DNA from: a virus
Direction: 5' to 3' (one strand)
IMG/VR virus record: IMGVR_UViG_3300023179_000026
Location: 64,001-128,000 of that record
DNA length: 64,000 bases
In this document: in pieces, positions 18,781-28,692 of the stretch
Layout of the letters: each line of letters opens with the position of its first letter
How positions within the stretch are numbered: position 1 is the first letter of the stretch
Program-made: the position numbers and the translations under genes
The notes under the pieces: generated by a model
The model's input: the letters and a program-made list of their open reading frames with translations, nothing else
The model's database searches: none
Told to the model about the DNA's origin: nothing

Positions 18781-18954
18781 TTATTTTTCTTCTAGATAGT
18801 CAGTGTTTTGTTTATTTTCTTGAACTAACATTCTTTTGTTTTGACGTAAAGCTTCACGAATTAAATGCATAAGACGTAACTTTTGCTCAGGTGTTGCACT
18901 GCTCAAAAGTGGTTTAGTTTCATGGATTAATTTTGCTAAAGCTTCTTTTTTCAT
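18781..18954 (-). CDS. small hypothetical protein (57 aa)
   Basis: Below ORF-track cutoff; MKKEALAKLIHETKPLL...DYLEEK fills the gap exactly. Confidence 0.5.
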   Translation of the reverse strand: MKKEALAKLIHETKPLLSSATPEQKLRLMHLIREALRQNKRMLVQENKQNTDYLEEK

Positions 18955-18955
18955 A

Positions 18956-19294
18956 TTAGTACACTATAGAAATATTTATGATTCCGCTTGTAAAAGTGGT
19001 TGCTTTGCCTCGCATCCAAATCCAATTACCTGTTATACTTTGTGGAGCAGCATTTGAAAAATCAATGGTGATAAGATCAACCCAATCTTTTTCCGCACTT
19101 GGCAATGGTACTAAAGAACCTTGTATGACAACATTACCTGTTACCGCACCTGTATTAGAATAATTTACAGTAGTAACATAGGTAGGACGTAAGAAATAAG
19201 ATACGCCCTGAACTTTGTCACCTGTCCATGTTCCACTGATGTTAGCCCCGTTTACTGCATTGGCTATGGTTTCAGTTGTTGATACCAATGCCAT
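18956..19294 (-). CDS. hypothetical beta-rich protein, possibly virion-associated
   Basis: ORF track; T/N/G-rich beta-sandwich-like composition. Confidence 0.55.
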   Translation of the reverse strand: MALVSTTETIANAVNGANISGTWTGDKVQGVSYFLRPTYVTTVNYSNTGAVTGNVVIQGSLVPLPSAEKDWVDLITIDFSNAAPQSITGNWIWMRGKATTFTSGIINISIVY

Positions 19295-19461
19295 TATTGT
19301 GTTTCCACTTCAACAATAACACTATCACCTAATAGTTCTTGAACAATGTCTTCTAAGTTATTAGTAAAATCACTATTAGTTAAAGGTGGTGCTGATTTAT
19401 CACTTTCCTTTACCAATCTACTTAAACGTATAAGTACGACTTCTTCATGAATCTTAGCCAT
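19294..19461 (-). CDS. small hypothetical protein (55 aa)
   Basis: Below cutoff; MAKIHEEVVLIRLSRLVKE...VEVETQ, GGAGG SD, TAATG coupling to next gene. Confidence 0.55.
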   Translation of the reverse strand: MAKIHEEVVLIRLSRLVKESDKSAPPLTNSDFTNNLEDIVQELLGDSVIVEVETQ

Positions 19462-19481
19462 AAAAGCCTCCTGTTATATAT

Positions 19482-20165
19482 TTATGCTGCTACAGGAGGT
19501 TTTTGTATTGCATATTCCTTTTTAATATGTTGGTAAAAGTGCATGTAATAAATTGACTGATATGCTTCATTATCATAATCAAAAAACAAATTACCATCAT
19601 TCCATCTTCCTGCTTTACCTCTAGTATCCCAATGTAAGAAAAAATTTAGATTTGCTGATGGGAAAAAAAGATTTTGGTGTTTGAGAAAAAAGTCACGTAA
19701 TTCAATTATCTCATCCGAACTGTATACCTTACTTTTAAAATACACCCTAAATTGATGTTTTGGGTTTTTATGATATATAACTTCTTTTGGTCTAGAGTAT
19801 GTATGTAATACTTCTTGAACCGTTGTAGGTTGATTTAAAATCTTAGCAAGTTCTTCTACAATATCATATCTTGTTGAATATACAGTAATAGAATTACGAT
19901 GTGTTAAGATTTTAAAGTTTCCAATATTTTCACCTTTCCACACAAGAACTTTTCTAAGTTCTATTAAATTATTAGCATATTTGATACGGATATTAGAACG
20001 TTCTAATTCACGATCAACATGACTGATATCGTACCATCGATGTAATCCAACTTGTTCTAAATTAAATTCAACCTTATATTTGTACTTGTCATACCAAAGC
20101 CAATTTTGCTTAGTATTTTGAACAAGCGTTGTATAACTAAACCCTGATAATACCATCTGTTCCAA
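19482..20165 (-). CDS. hypothetical protein
   Basis: ORF track. Confidence 0.6.
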   Translation of the reverse strand: MEQMVLSGFSYTTLVQNTKQNWLWYDKYKYKVEFNLEQVGLHRWYDISHVDRELERSNIRIKYANNLIELRKVLVWKGENIGNFKILTHRNSITVYSTRYDIVEELAKILNQPTTVQEVLHTYSRPKEVIYHKNPKHQFRVYFKSKVYSSDEIIELRDFFLKHQNLFFPSANLNFFLHWDTRGKAGRWNDGNLFFDYDNEAYQSIYYMHFYQHIKKEYAIQKPPVAA

Positions 20166-22413
20166 TTATGTCATACTTTTCTATTCTATTTTCTACATTA
20201 AACTCAATTTCTGAACCATTATAATGTACCTGAATGATTGCATCTTTTACACGTTCAAACAGTATCTTCTTACTAATTGGTACTCTAATTAATTCATCAA
20301 TTTTTCTAGCTAATGGTCTAGCACCCATCTTGTCATCATAACCAACCTTAGCAATATGTTCAACTGCTTGCTCACTCAAATTCAGTGTAATCTTATGCTG
20401 ATTAAACAATTGTGTTTTAAGCTCATTAACAAACTTGATAACAATTTTCTTAATTGCTAGTGTGTCTAGTTTCTTAAATTTGCAAATTAAGTCAATACGA
20501 TTACGTAACTCAGGCTTGAAGAATTCTTTCATTGCTTTATCATCTTCACCTGTTTTTACATTTGACCCAAAACCAATGTTATTACGCTCACTATCACGTG
20601 CTCCTAAATTACTTGTCATGATAATAATTGTATTTTTAGCATCAACTGTTTTACCATTAGTGCTAGATATTCTTCCTTCATCTAACAATTGTAAAAATAA
20701 GTTATAAACATCAGGGTGTGCTTTTTCAACCTCATCAAACAGTAAGATAGAATATGGGTTTTTACTTAAATCATTGATAATCTTTCCACCACCTAAATTA
20801 CCTTCACCATACCCAACATACCCAGGAGGTGCCCCAATCAACGCAGCTACACTGTGCTTTTCTTGATATTCACTCATATCATAACGTAATAGTGGCATGT
20901 TAAGATGTTCGCTTAATAGTCTTGCTGTTTCTGTTTTACCACTTCCTGTTGGTCCTAAAAACAAGAAGCTTGCCATAGGTTTCTTTTCATTAGAAATACC
21001 TGCAAAACTAACGTAAATACGTTCTAAAATTTGTTCAATTGTATTGTCTTGTCCATACAATTTTTCTTTAATATTTGCATCTAGGTTAATCATTCGTTCT
21101 GAAGAATCATTGGTTAGTTTATCAGCAGATACATTACACATTCTAGTAACTTGTTCTTTAATATTATCTTCACCAATAATAGCACCAACGTTGTTTAATG
21201 TACGTTGTTTAGCACAAGCAGCATCAAGTAAATCAATAGATTTATCAGGATTTTTACGATCATGAATATACCTTGCACTCATGGTTACTGACTCTTTAAT
21301 AGCTTTGTCAGTAATAACTACTTGGTGAAACTTTTGTAAACGATCACTCAAGCCTGTTAAAATCTTGATAGTTGTTTCCGTAGTAGGTTCATCAATGCTA
21401 ACACGATAAAAACGGCGCATCAGAGCACGATCTTTTTCAAATGATTCGTAATATTCTTCCCATGTTGTACTAGCAATTACTTTTAAGTTACCTTTAGTAA
21501 TAGCAGGTTTAAGCATGTTAGCAAAATCAACCGTAGTACCACTGCTATTACCACTACCTCGCATGGTATGTGCTTCATCAATAAACAGTATAGCCTTTGG
21601 TTTGCTAGCAAGTGCTTCCAATACTTGTTTAACTTTTTCTTCAAAATCACCACGATATTTACTACCTGCTAATAGTGAACCAATTTCAAGTGAATATACT
21701 TGATGATCATATAAAAATAATGGTACTTGCTTGTCTAATATTTTTTGTGCTAATCCTTCAGCTAGGATAGTTTTTCCAACACCTGGGTCGCCAACAAGTA
21801 GTACATTAGACTTGAATCGTTTAGCTAATACATTAACAATGTCATCAACTTCTTTCTCTCGTCCAATAAGTGGTTCAAGCTTGTTACGTTCAGCAAGGTC
21901 ACTAAGATTAGTTGTATATTCTTCTAATACTTCATTAGCTTGTTGTTCAGTCATTTTTCCGTTTTTACCACCACGATGCGCTTTATTCCAATAAGCAAGG
22001 AATTCTGCCCTGCTTACACCCCATTTTAATAAGAAATAGTGAGCATGACTATTGGTTTCTTGTAAAATTGACACGTAAATATCAATCAATTCAATTTGTC
22101 TGCGTCCTTGAAATAATACTTGTGTTACTGCTCGATTAAAAACACGGTCTAAACTATGTGTTTTTTTAGGTGAAATAGGTGAACCATCTTCATTAGGTTC
22201 AACTTTAATGTTTGTCATAGAATCTAAGTAAGTATCAACTTCTTGAATAAGGTTTTCAGTATCCACACCGAATTCATCTAAGTGAGTACGAAATGAATCG
22301 TAAGTAATTAAACTAAGTAAAGCATGCTCTAAGGTAACATAAGCATGATTTTTACTTTTGGCTATTTCAATAGCATGTTCGATTAATTTTTCGATTTCAG
22401 GGTTATTCTGCAT
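20137..22413 (-). CDS. clpA: ClpA-like Hsp100 AAA+ ATPase
   Basis: Clp N-domain, two Walker A motifs (GDPGVGKT, GPTGSGKT), FIDEAH, LFDEVEKAH, IGF loop (NNIGFG); no ClpB-type middle domain; start refined to 22413. Confidence 0.92.
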   Translation of the reverse strand: MQNNPEIEKLIEHAIEIAKSKNHAYVTLEHALLSLITYDSFRTHLDEFGVDTENLIQEVDTYLDSMTNIKVEPNEDGSPISPKKTHSLDRVFNRAVTQVLFQGRRQIELIDIYVSILQETNSHAHYFLLKWGVSRAEFLAYWNKAHRGGKNGKMTEQQANEVLEEYTTNLSDLAERNKLEPLIGREKEVDDIVNVLAKRFKSNVLLVGDPGVGKTILAEGLAQKILDKQVPLFLYDHQVYSLEIGSLLAGSKYRGDFEEKVKQVLEALASKPKAILFIDEAHTMRGSGNSSGTTVDFANMLKPAITKGNLKVIASTTWEEYYESFEKDRALMRRFYRVSIDEPTTETTIKILTGLSDRLQKFHQVVITDKAIKESVTMSARYIHDRKNPDKSIDLLDAACAKQRTLNNVGAIIGEDNIKEQVTRMCNVSADKLTNDSSERMINLDANIKEKLYGQDNTIEQILERIYVSFAGISNEKKPMASFLFLGPTGSGKTETARLLSEHLNMPLLRYDMSEYQEKHSVAALIGAPPGYVGYGEGNLGGGKIINDLSKNPYSILLFDEVEKAHPDVYNLFLQLLDEGRISSTNGKTVDAKNTIIIMTSNLGARDSERNNIGFGSNVKTGEDDKAMKEFFKPELRNRIDLICKFKKLDTLAIKKIVIKFVNELKTQLFNQHKITLNLSEQAVEHIAKVGYDDKMGARPLARKIDELIRVPISKKILFERVKDAIIQVHYNGSEIEFNVENRIEKYDIIGTDGIIRV

Positions 22414-22846
22414 TATTATTTTCCTTTTTTCTATCATGCATTGTCATACCATCTAAATGGTCTACTTCATGTTGAACTACTCTTGCTTCAAGATTCATAA
22501 ATTCTTCCGTTAAAAAATTACCATATGCGTCTTGGTACGATAGCACAACCTTTTCAGGTCTGTCAAGTTCAACCGATTCATTAGGATAACTTAAACATCC
22601 CTCCAAATATGGCACCTTATTTTCACTATATGACATAATGGTTGGATTAAAAAATACCTTTGGGTTATGGTCAACATCCATTACAAACATACGGTAGCGT
22701 AAACCTACTTGATTAGCAGCAAGTCCAACACCTCCACTAACATGCATAAACTGTAGCATTTCTTTAGCTAGTTGTTCATTTTGTAGTGGATATTTAAAAT
22801 CTATTGGTTTTGTTTTTAAATGTAGTACACGTTTAGTTAACTTCAT
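22403..22846 (-). CDS. def: peptide deformylase
   Basis: [17 protein letters not shown] and QHEVDHLDG motifs. Confidence 0.96.
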   Translation of the reverse strand: MKLTKRVLHLKTKPIDFKYPLQNEQLAKEMLQFMHVSGGVGLAANQVGLRYRMFVMDVDHNPKVFFNPTIMSYSENKVPYLEGCLSYPNESVELDRPEKVVLSYQDAYGNFLTEEFMNLEARVVQHEVDHLDGMTMHDRKKENNNAE

Positions 22847-23634
22847 GTCGTATTTAATTTTTGTTCCTGTTCTAAAACTCTGATTAAATTGTCACTTATT
22901 TGTTCAGGTAAAACAGGTCGAAGTATAACATATTGATCCCCTGTGCCAACATTATTAGATAGACCATGCCCATTCAATCTTAATGTAGTATTTGGTTTAG
23001 TACGTGGTTGCACATTAATTTCCAATTCTTTACCGTAAATGGTAGGTATAATCATAGTTCTACCTATCACCAAATCAAATATACTAATATCTTGATGGTA
23101 GTATAAATCTAACATTCTACGTTCAAACAATGGGTGTCTATGTTGTCTAAAATTAACTTGGAGCGGTCCATCAGGCAGTAAGTTGTCATATCGCACTACT
23201 CCACCATCATCTATGCCTTTAGGAATTACAATTTCATATAATTTAGAACCTTGTGGTGTATTCAAATGTATTGGATGTTTATCACCATGAGCAATTTGCT
23301 CTAAGGTAACAAATACGGTGGCAGTATATATTCGCTGTTGTGGGGCACTTTGTTGTCTAAAAAATTGTCCAAAAATATCAGGAAACCCTGACCCAAAATG
23401 AAAATCAAAACCATTTTGTTGTGGATTAAAACCATTAAATTGTGGTGGTGGGTTATCATATTGAGCACGTTTTTGCGGGTCACTTAATGTATCATAAGCA
23501 GCTTGAATGGTTTGAAAACGTGCAGTATCACCACCACGATCAGGATGGTGTTGACTAGCTAATTTACGATATGCTTTTTTAATTTCATCAGGTGTGGCAT
23601 TTTTTGCCACACCCAATGTTTGATAATGGTCCAT
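22843..23634 (-). CDS. dnaJ: DnaJ/CbpA-like co-chaperone (J domain plus C-terminal domain, no Zn finger)
   Basis: HYQTLGV...[17 protein letters not shown] (HPD motif), G/F-rich linker, C-terminal GDQYV. Confidence 0.9.
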   Translation of the reverse strand: MDHYQTLGVAKNATPDEIKKAYRKLASQHHPDRGGDTARFQTIQAAYDTLSDPQKRAQYDNPPPQFNGFNPQQNGFDFHFGSGFPDIFGQFFRQQSAPQQRIYTATVFVTLEQIAHGDKHPIHLNTPQGSKLYEIVIPKGIDDGGVVRYDNLLPDGPLQVNFRQHRHPLFERRMLDLYYHQDISIFDLVIGRTMIIPTIYGKELEINVQPRTKPNTTLRLNGHGLSNNVGTGDQYVILRPVLPEQISDNLIRVLEQEQKLNTT

Positions 23635-23648
23635 CAGGATATTTAATA

Positions 23649-24149
23649 CTAGGCTTTACCTGCGATTTTTTCTTGACTTCTGCCATATGCAGTTACCCCT
23701 AAAACTGCACCCATTGCAATATGGTACAACCCTGCACCTTGTAGCGTAATTGGCATCCATTGACTATTGACTTGACCATGGCTTAGTGCTTGCAAAACAC
23801 TCCATAATATTGGAAATAATACAAAGTCTGCAAAACATGTTACCATATAGATAACACTCATCATGGGTCGCCAACGTTTGTTGATCCAATCTCCAAACTT
23901 ATCATCAGGTTTAATTAAAACTTCAGCAGGTCCGCTTTGCATTGCGCCACCTGGGTTTTTGAGAATTTCTGCTTGATTTGCTTGAGGTGGTGCTCCCCAT
24001 TGTTGTGCTGCTTTAAGATCATTTGGATCACTCCAACCATCTGTTTTTACACTTCTATCTTTTACTAAACGATCATGTGCTTCATCATTTAGAGCAAACC
24101 CCCTTTCATCATCACTACGTTGCGCTAATGTTAGTGTTGTTATAGGCAT
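23649..24149 (-). CDS. putative holin (3TM holin-like membrane protein)
   Basis: WRPMM start of transmembrane region, hydrophobic segments, [12 protein letters not shown] tail. Confidence 0.6.
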   Translation of the reverse strand: MPITTLTLAQRSDDERGFALNDEAHDRLVKDRSVKTDGWSDPNDLKAAQQWGAPPQANQAEILKNPGGAMQSGPAEVLIKPDDKFGDWINKRWRPMMSVIYMVTCFADFVLFPILWSVLQALSHGQVNSQWMPITLQGAGLYHIAMGAVLGVTAYGRSQEKIAGKA

Positions 24150-24159
24150 TGTAAATTCC

Positions 24160-24702
24160 TTAGATTATTCCTGCTTGACGTTGCATTGCTATAATATCAG
24201 GATCTTCTGTTTTTTGTGTGCTTGCACTGATTCCCGCAATTGAACGCCACTCATTTAATTCTTCATCATGCTCTGCTGCATATTCTTTTGGACTAAGAGC
24301 TAGTTGTGATGTAATAAATTCTTCCGATGCATCACCTTTTTCATGGTTAATTTTTACTTTCCATTGATCCATTTTTAGTCCTGTTAATGTTTCTAAATCA
24401 GATATAAGTTCTACAATATGTTTGGGTGCTACCTTATTTCTTTCAATTTCAACAAATACTAAGAATTTTCCTTTAGCAACTTCGCCTGGGCTGCGGTCAG
24501 AATCTAATACCCAATTATATCCACGTTCAAACCATTCTACTAAATCACTAGCTGCATACTCATCCTTTACTGTAAAACTCAATGTAATAACATTTTTGTC
24601 TTTACCTACAGAAGATTTGTATACATCAACCCCAACTAATGGTAAAATTAAATTTTCCATGTCGAGGTATCCCAAACTTTCATTGATTATTTCTTTTTTC
24701 AT
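24160..24702 (-). CDS. hypothetical protein, possible head-associated protein
   Basis: Leader MKKEIINE-S; C-terminal ..IAGI / ..QAGII motifs. Confidence 0.6.
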   Translation of the reverse strand: MKKEIINESLGYLDMENLILPLVGVDVYKSSVGKDKNVITLSFTVKDEYAASDLVEWFERGYNWVLDSDRSPGEVAKGKFLVFVEIERNKVAPKHIVELISDLETLTGLKMDQWKVKINHEKGDASEEFITSQLALSPKEYAAEHDEELNEWRSIAGISASTQKTEDPDIIAMQRQAGII

Positions 24703-25301
24703 AGTGCAGGTGGGGCTAAAGGTGGTGGCGCAGGTGCAGCTAATGATGGTGCACCCATAGCATTTGGTTCTTGATTATTTGACTTAAGTTCTTTCTTGTC
24801 ATAGTCTTTTTGATATGCATCATCTAAATCTTCTAAATCAATAGTTTGTTCAGCAATATCAACGCTTCCTTCTCTAATATCATTCATTAAAGATTTTGGC
24901 ATGGTAATATTGACCAACCATACGTGTTTTTTGGTTTTTTTAGGGTAATGGGTGCCTGGCTTATAGTCCATAGGTTCTTTAATTTCAATAGGTACTTCAA
25001 CCGTAGTTCTTTTAAATTTAACTTTGCATCCAAGTGTTAACAAACGTCTTCCACCACGTGGATCAGGCATCATTGAATCAGGCCACATAAAAGTACAATC
25101 AACCAAGTATTTGCTAATGACAGGCCCATCGACTAATTCACCCATTTTCCAATTTTTAAATGCATAAAGGTCTGCTTCATCAAGCACACGTTCAAAATCT
25201 AATAATGTAGCCATAGTACCATCACTAATCATGATACCTTTTACATTATTAACAATATCAACCCATTCTAACGAATCTAAGAATGTATGTTTCTTAGGCA
25301 T
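24699..25301 (-). CDS. hypothetical late protein
   Basis: ORF track; TAAATA at 25322-25327; Pro-rich tail. Confidence 0.65.
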   Translation of the reverse strand: MPKKHTFLDSLEWVDIVNNVKGIMISDGTMATLLDFERVLDEADLYAFKNWKMGELVDGPVISKYLVDCTFMWPDSMMPDPRGGRRLLTLGCKVKFKRTTVEVPIEIKEPMDYKPGTHYPKKTKKHVWLVNITMPKSLMNDIREGSVDIAEQTIDLEDLDDAYQKDYDKKELKSNNQEPNAMGAPSLAAPAPPPLAPPAL

Positions 25302-25479
25302 AATAGTTTTCCATGATACAGTATTTATCCTAGTTTAAATTTACGCTAGGATATAGGAATTTTGGGCACAGTTTATTATTTATAATAATAACTCATGAAA
25401 AACAAGAGCACATATGGTTACATAAAATATCTTAAATAGTTTTGAGCATAGGTTGCTCATTACTAAAAGGAGTGTAACT

Positions 25480-26250
25480 TTGAGTCGTAGAAAAAATTCG
25501 GCTATCCGAAAAGAGCAAGAAAGATATATGAAAAAAACAGGCAAAAATGAACTTCAAACCTTCTACCAAAAATATGAAAATACAATAGAGTTCAATCCAC
25601 AGCGTCAACGTAAACCAATCAACTTACTTCCTAAAACTCCAAATCAAGAAACATACATTCATGCATTACTTGATGATGGTATTGATATTGTTGTTGGAAC
25701 AGGTCCTGCGGGAACGGGTAAAACTTATCTAGCAACATTAGCAGCTATACAAGCTTTGCGCCATCGTTATTGTGACCGTATTATTTTGACAAGACCTGCT
25801 GTTACTGTAGATGATGAGAAACACGGATTTTTACCAGGCGATCTTAACGCAAAAATGGAACCATGGACTAAGCCTCTTATTGATGTTTTCCGTGAATTCT
25901 ATCACGTAAAAGAAATTGAAAACATGTTAGCTGAACAAATAATTGAAATTTCACCACTTGCTTATATGCGTGGCAGAACATTTAAAAATGCTTGGGTCAT
26001 TCTAGATGAGGCACAAAATGCAACACCTAGTCAATTTAAGATGTTACTAACTCGTATTGGGGACAATAGTAAAATTGTAATAACAGGTGATATTGAACAA
26101 TCAGATCGCAAAAAAGTTGATAATGGATTAATTGATTTGCAATATAGGTTGGAAAAGTATCCTATAGGAAACTTAGAATTGTGTAAGTTTGGTGTACAGG
26201 ATGTACAACGACACCCCATCATAGAACATATTTTAAAGCTTTATGAGTAA
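25480..26250 (+). CDS. phoH: PhoH-family ATPase
   Basis: GPAGTGKTYLA, RIILTRPAV, GFLPGDL, LAYMRGRTF, LDEAQN, GDIEQSD; TTG start at 25480 behind AAGGAG. Confidence 0.95.
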   Translation: MSRRKNSAIRKEQERYMKKTGKNELQTFYQKYENTIEFNPQRQRKPINLLPKTPNQETYIHALLDDGIDIVVGTGPAGTGKTYLATLAAIQALRHRYCDRIILTRPAVTVDDEKHGFLPGDLNAKMEPWTKPLIDVFREFYHVKEIENMLAEQIIEISPLAYMRGRTFKNAWVILDEAQNATPSQFKMLLTRIGDNSKIVITGDIEQSDRKKVDNGLIDLQYRLEKYPIGNLELCKFGVQDVQRHPIIEHILKLYE

Positions 26251-26252
26251 AA

Positions 26253-26275
26253 AATAAGGCTCAATGAGCCTTATT
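26253..26275. terminator. hairpin terminator between convergent genes
   Basis: AATAAGGCTC-AAT-GAGCCTTATT perfect stem between phoH stop and HAD stop. Confidence 0.7.
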
Positions 26276-26863
26276 AATAATAATATCAAAAATGTCTTTC
26301 CAATTTTTTACTCTTGGAATGAGTGGGTTATCATACCCCATGTTATGTCCGTGTTCCATCAATAATGGTTTTAGACCAACTTTTAATCCTGCTTCACAAT
26401 TAGCGTACTTATCTTCAATCCAAAAATATCCACTGTTTGCATACTTAATCAGTTCATCATCTTTATCAGCACCTGTGTCTAGGCAGATGATTTCTTCAAA
26501 AACTGTTTGACCAAACAATTTTTCAAGGTTCATTTTTCGTAATTTTTGTGCATTTTTATCTAAACTTAGTGAAGTAATTGCATGGAATACGTATCCATGT
26601 TCTTCGTGAAGTTTTTTGACATAGTGAATTGCGTCACGTAATGGTGGCAAAAAACCAATAGCAGCAGACTCATTGAATATTTTGATTAGTCTTTTACCAT
26701 CTTCTTTAGCAATACCATATCGTTTTCCGATGTTATATTCAAATTGTGAACCATCTAGTTTATGGTGACCATGTTCTTGCATCCAACAGTCAAAAGCATA
26801 TTCCCAATTACAAAGCACACCATCAACATCTACAAGAATCAAATTATTGTCTCTCAAGATCAT
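26261..26863 (-). CDS. HAD-family 5'-nucleotidase-like protein
   Basis: LVDVDGVL motif I, AITSLS, WIEDK motif IV. Confidence 0.82.
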   Translation of the reverse strand: MILRDNNLILVDVDGVLCNWEYAFDCWMQEHGHHKLDGSQFEYNIGKRYGIAKEDGKRLIKIFNESAAIGFLPPLRDAIHYVKKLHEEHGYVFHAITSLSLDKNAQKLRKMNLEKLFGQTVFEEIICLDTGADKDDELIKYANSGYFWIEDKYANCEAGLKVGLKPLLMEHGHNMGYDNPLIPRVKNWKDIFDIIINKAH

Positions 26864-26879
26864 TCCTCACTAAAAACCT

Positions 26880-26908
26880 ATTATAACATAAGGAAAAATG
26901 GTTGTCAA
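26880..26908 (-). promoter_or_regulatory. consensus sigma70 promoter TTGACA-N17-TATAAT with extended TGn
   Basis: Perfect consensus: -35 at 26903-26908, -10 at 26880-26885. Confidence 0.88.
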
Positions 26909-26911
26909 ATT

Positions 26912-27169
26912 TTAGGGTTGATTTTCAGCAGCAGCAGATAATTGAGTAATTAATTCAGGATAAATTTTTTTGTAGTAGGTATTCAAAGCATCAAAATCAG
27001 TGTCAACTTTTTTTCCTTCGATAAGACATTTTATCACTTTTTTATCTTTATAGTCAACAATTACGTTGCAAGTGTCTAAATCTTTGTCACGAACTCGTTT
27101 AGAAAAACCAACTTGTTCGTCAATTTGCCCCGCAGGTTTGCGGATATAAGTAATCAACAAATATCTCAT
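26912..27169 (-). CDS. hypothetical protein
   Basis: ORF track, ATGA overlap. Confidence 0.6.
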   Translation of the reverse strand: MRYLLITYIRKPAGQIDEQVGFSKRVRDKDLDTCNVIVDYKDKKVIKCLIEGKKVDTDFDALNTYYKKIYPELITQLSAAAENQP

Positions 27170-27435
27170 GCCTTTTTCTTTCTAGTTGCTTTTTTAGGTT
27201 TTTCTTGAGTAATAACTGCCCCCTCATACCCAGGGTGATACGGTGCTTCCTCCACTAATTTAGTACGATGAAATTCTTCAATTGCTTCATTTACATGTTG
27301 ACGTAAATGATCCCAATCAATAACAAATTCTACTCGTCCATCACCATGTATGGTTCTTGTAGAATAATGCCCTGAGGTAATACTTTCAAGTTCTTTTTTA
27401 GGTTCAGTTTTTTTGCTTTTTGCTTTGGTTGCCAT
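27166..27435 (-). CDS. hypothetical basic protein
   Basis: Start refined to MATKAK at 27435 behind GGAG. Confidence 0.6.
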   Translation of the reverse strand: MATKAKSKKTEPKKELESITSGHYSTRTIHGDGRVEFVIDWDHLRQHVNEAIEEFHRTKLVEEAPYHPGYEGAVITQEKPKKATRKKKA

Positions 27436-27457
27436 AATGTTCTCCAAGTTTGACTAT

Positions 27458-28399
27458 TTACTTTCCATGTGAAGTTAATTCAATTAAAGTTGCAGCTAAG
27501 TTAATTTCAGGTATACCAACAAGCGAAAGATTAGCCATGCCATTACGTATAATAACAACAGCAGTATCTTTTTCTGTTTGATTTTTACCCCATAATTCTA
27601 GATTATTATACATCCATTGATAGATAGATTCTATCCTAGATGGATGTAAGCTAAGATATTGAAGTAAATATTTTCTACCTTCAAGCACCTCACCACGTTT
27701 AAATGAGTCAGCCACTTCTAATAACGCTGCATTTTGATCAGAATTTTCTTTTTTGGCAACGACTAGTTCACCACTTGTGCTATTTGTTTGTAACTGATTT
27801 AAACACTTACGCAAATCAGGATATGTATTTTTTACATAATAATCAAGTGTATCAATAGTAAAATCAACTTTTTCTTCAATTAATACGGTAGCAGCACGTG
27901 CAGTAAATTCAGTATAATCAGGTTTACTAATGTGCATTTTAACGCAACGTGACTCACGTAATGCAGGAATCACACGGTACTCATAATTACAAGTAAGTAT
28001 AAATCTAACCGTAGAAGCATATGTTTCCATATCATTACGTAAGCTAGCTTGTGCATCACGTGACAAATAATCTGCCTCATCAAGTAAAACAATTTTAAAC
28101 TTACCAAAAGGAATAGTTTGTACAAAGTTATGTATTTTAGTTCTTACATTGTCTACACTGTTTTCACGTGATGCATTGATTTCTAGTACATCGTAATCTT
28201 CTATGTGTAATTCGTGAATAAGAATTTTTGCAAGCGTGGTTTTACCTGTGCCTGGTTCGCCGCTAAGTAACAAGTGTGGAATAATACCTTCTCTAATCCA
28301 ATGTTCAACTTGAGTTTGCTGAGAAGCATCAACAAAAACATAGTCAGTAATAGTGATAGGACGATACTTTTCAGTCCATAATTTATTTTGTAAAATCAT
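27458..28399 (-). CDS. clamp loader ATPase subunit (gp44/RFC-like)
   Basis: LWTEKYRP, GEPGTGKTT, LEINAS, LLDEAD, FILTCNY. Confidence 0.93.
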   Translation of the reverse strand: MILQNKLWTEKYRPITITDYVFVDASQQTQVEHWIREGIIPHLLLSGEPGTGKTTLAKILIHELHIEDYDVLEINASRENSVDNVRTKIHNFVQTIPFGKFKIVLLDEADYLSRDAQASLRNDMETYASTVRFILTCNYEYRVIPALRESRCVKMHISKPDYTEFTARAATVLIEEKVDFTIDTLDYYVKNTYPDLRKCLNQLQTNSTSGELVVAKKENSDQNAALLEVADSFKRGEVLEGRKYLLQYLSLHPSRIESIYQWMYNNLELWGKNQTEKDTAVVIIRNGMANLSLVGIPEINLAATLIELTSHGK

Positions 28400-28683
28400 C
28401 GTGTAAGCATTTGAACAGTTATTATTCTAGATAGCATTTCTGACAAATCATCCTTTTCAGTAACAATATGCAATTGATTTTCCCATTCATCTTTTTTGGG
28501 ATTAAAAATACGTGTTTCAATAATCATACCACCACTTGCATAATAGACATAAAAATTTAGACTATTTCTTGGATTATGGAAGCTCTCTCTGCCTAATTTT
28601 GATTCACTTATCATAGCAACAGGTTGATCTTCCCTGTCTACTTGTCTTAGTTTTTCTCTTAACCATTTGTATATAAATTTCAT
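28396..28683 (-). CDS. hypothetical protein
   Basis: ORF track. Confidence 0.6.
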   Translation of the reverse strand: MKFIYKWLREKLRQVDREDQPVAMISESKLGRESFHNPRNSLNFYVYYASGGMIIETRIFNPKKDEWENQLHIVTEKDDLSEMLSRIITVQMLTR

Positions 28684-28692
28684 TTATAACCT

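Noticed and set aside
4768-28399. Eukaryotic giant virus or bacterial chromosome origin (PolB, RFC-like, ClpA, DnaJ, Def, PhoH)
   Set aside because: These genes are interspersed with contractile-tail sheath, tube, neck and gp4-like genes, SD sites and T4-type late motifs, which fits a jumbo myovirus.
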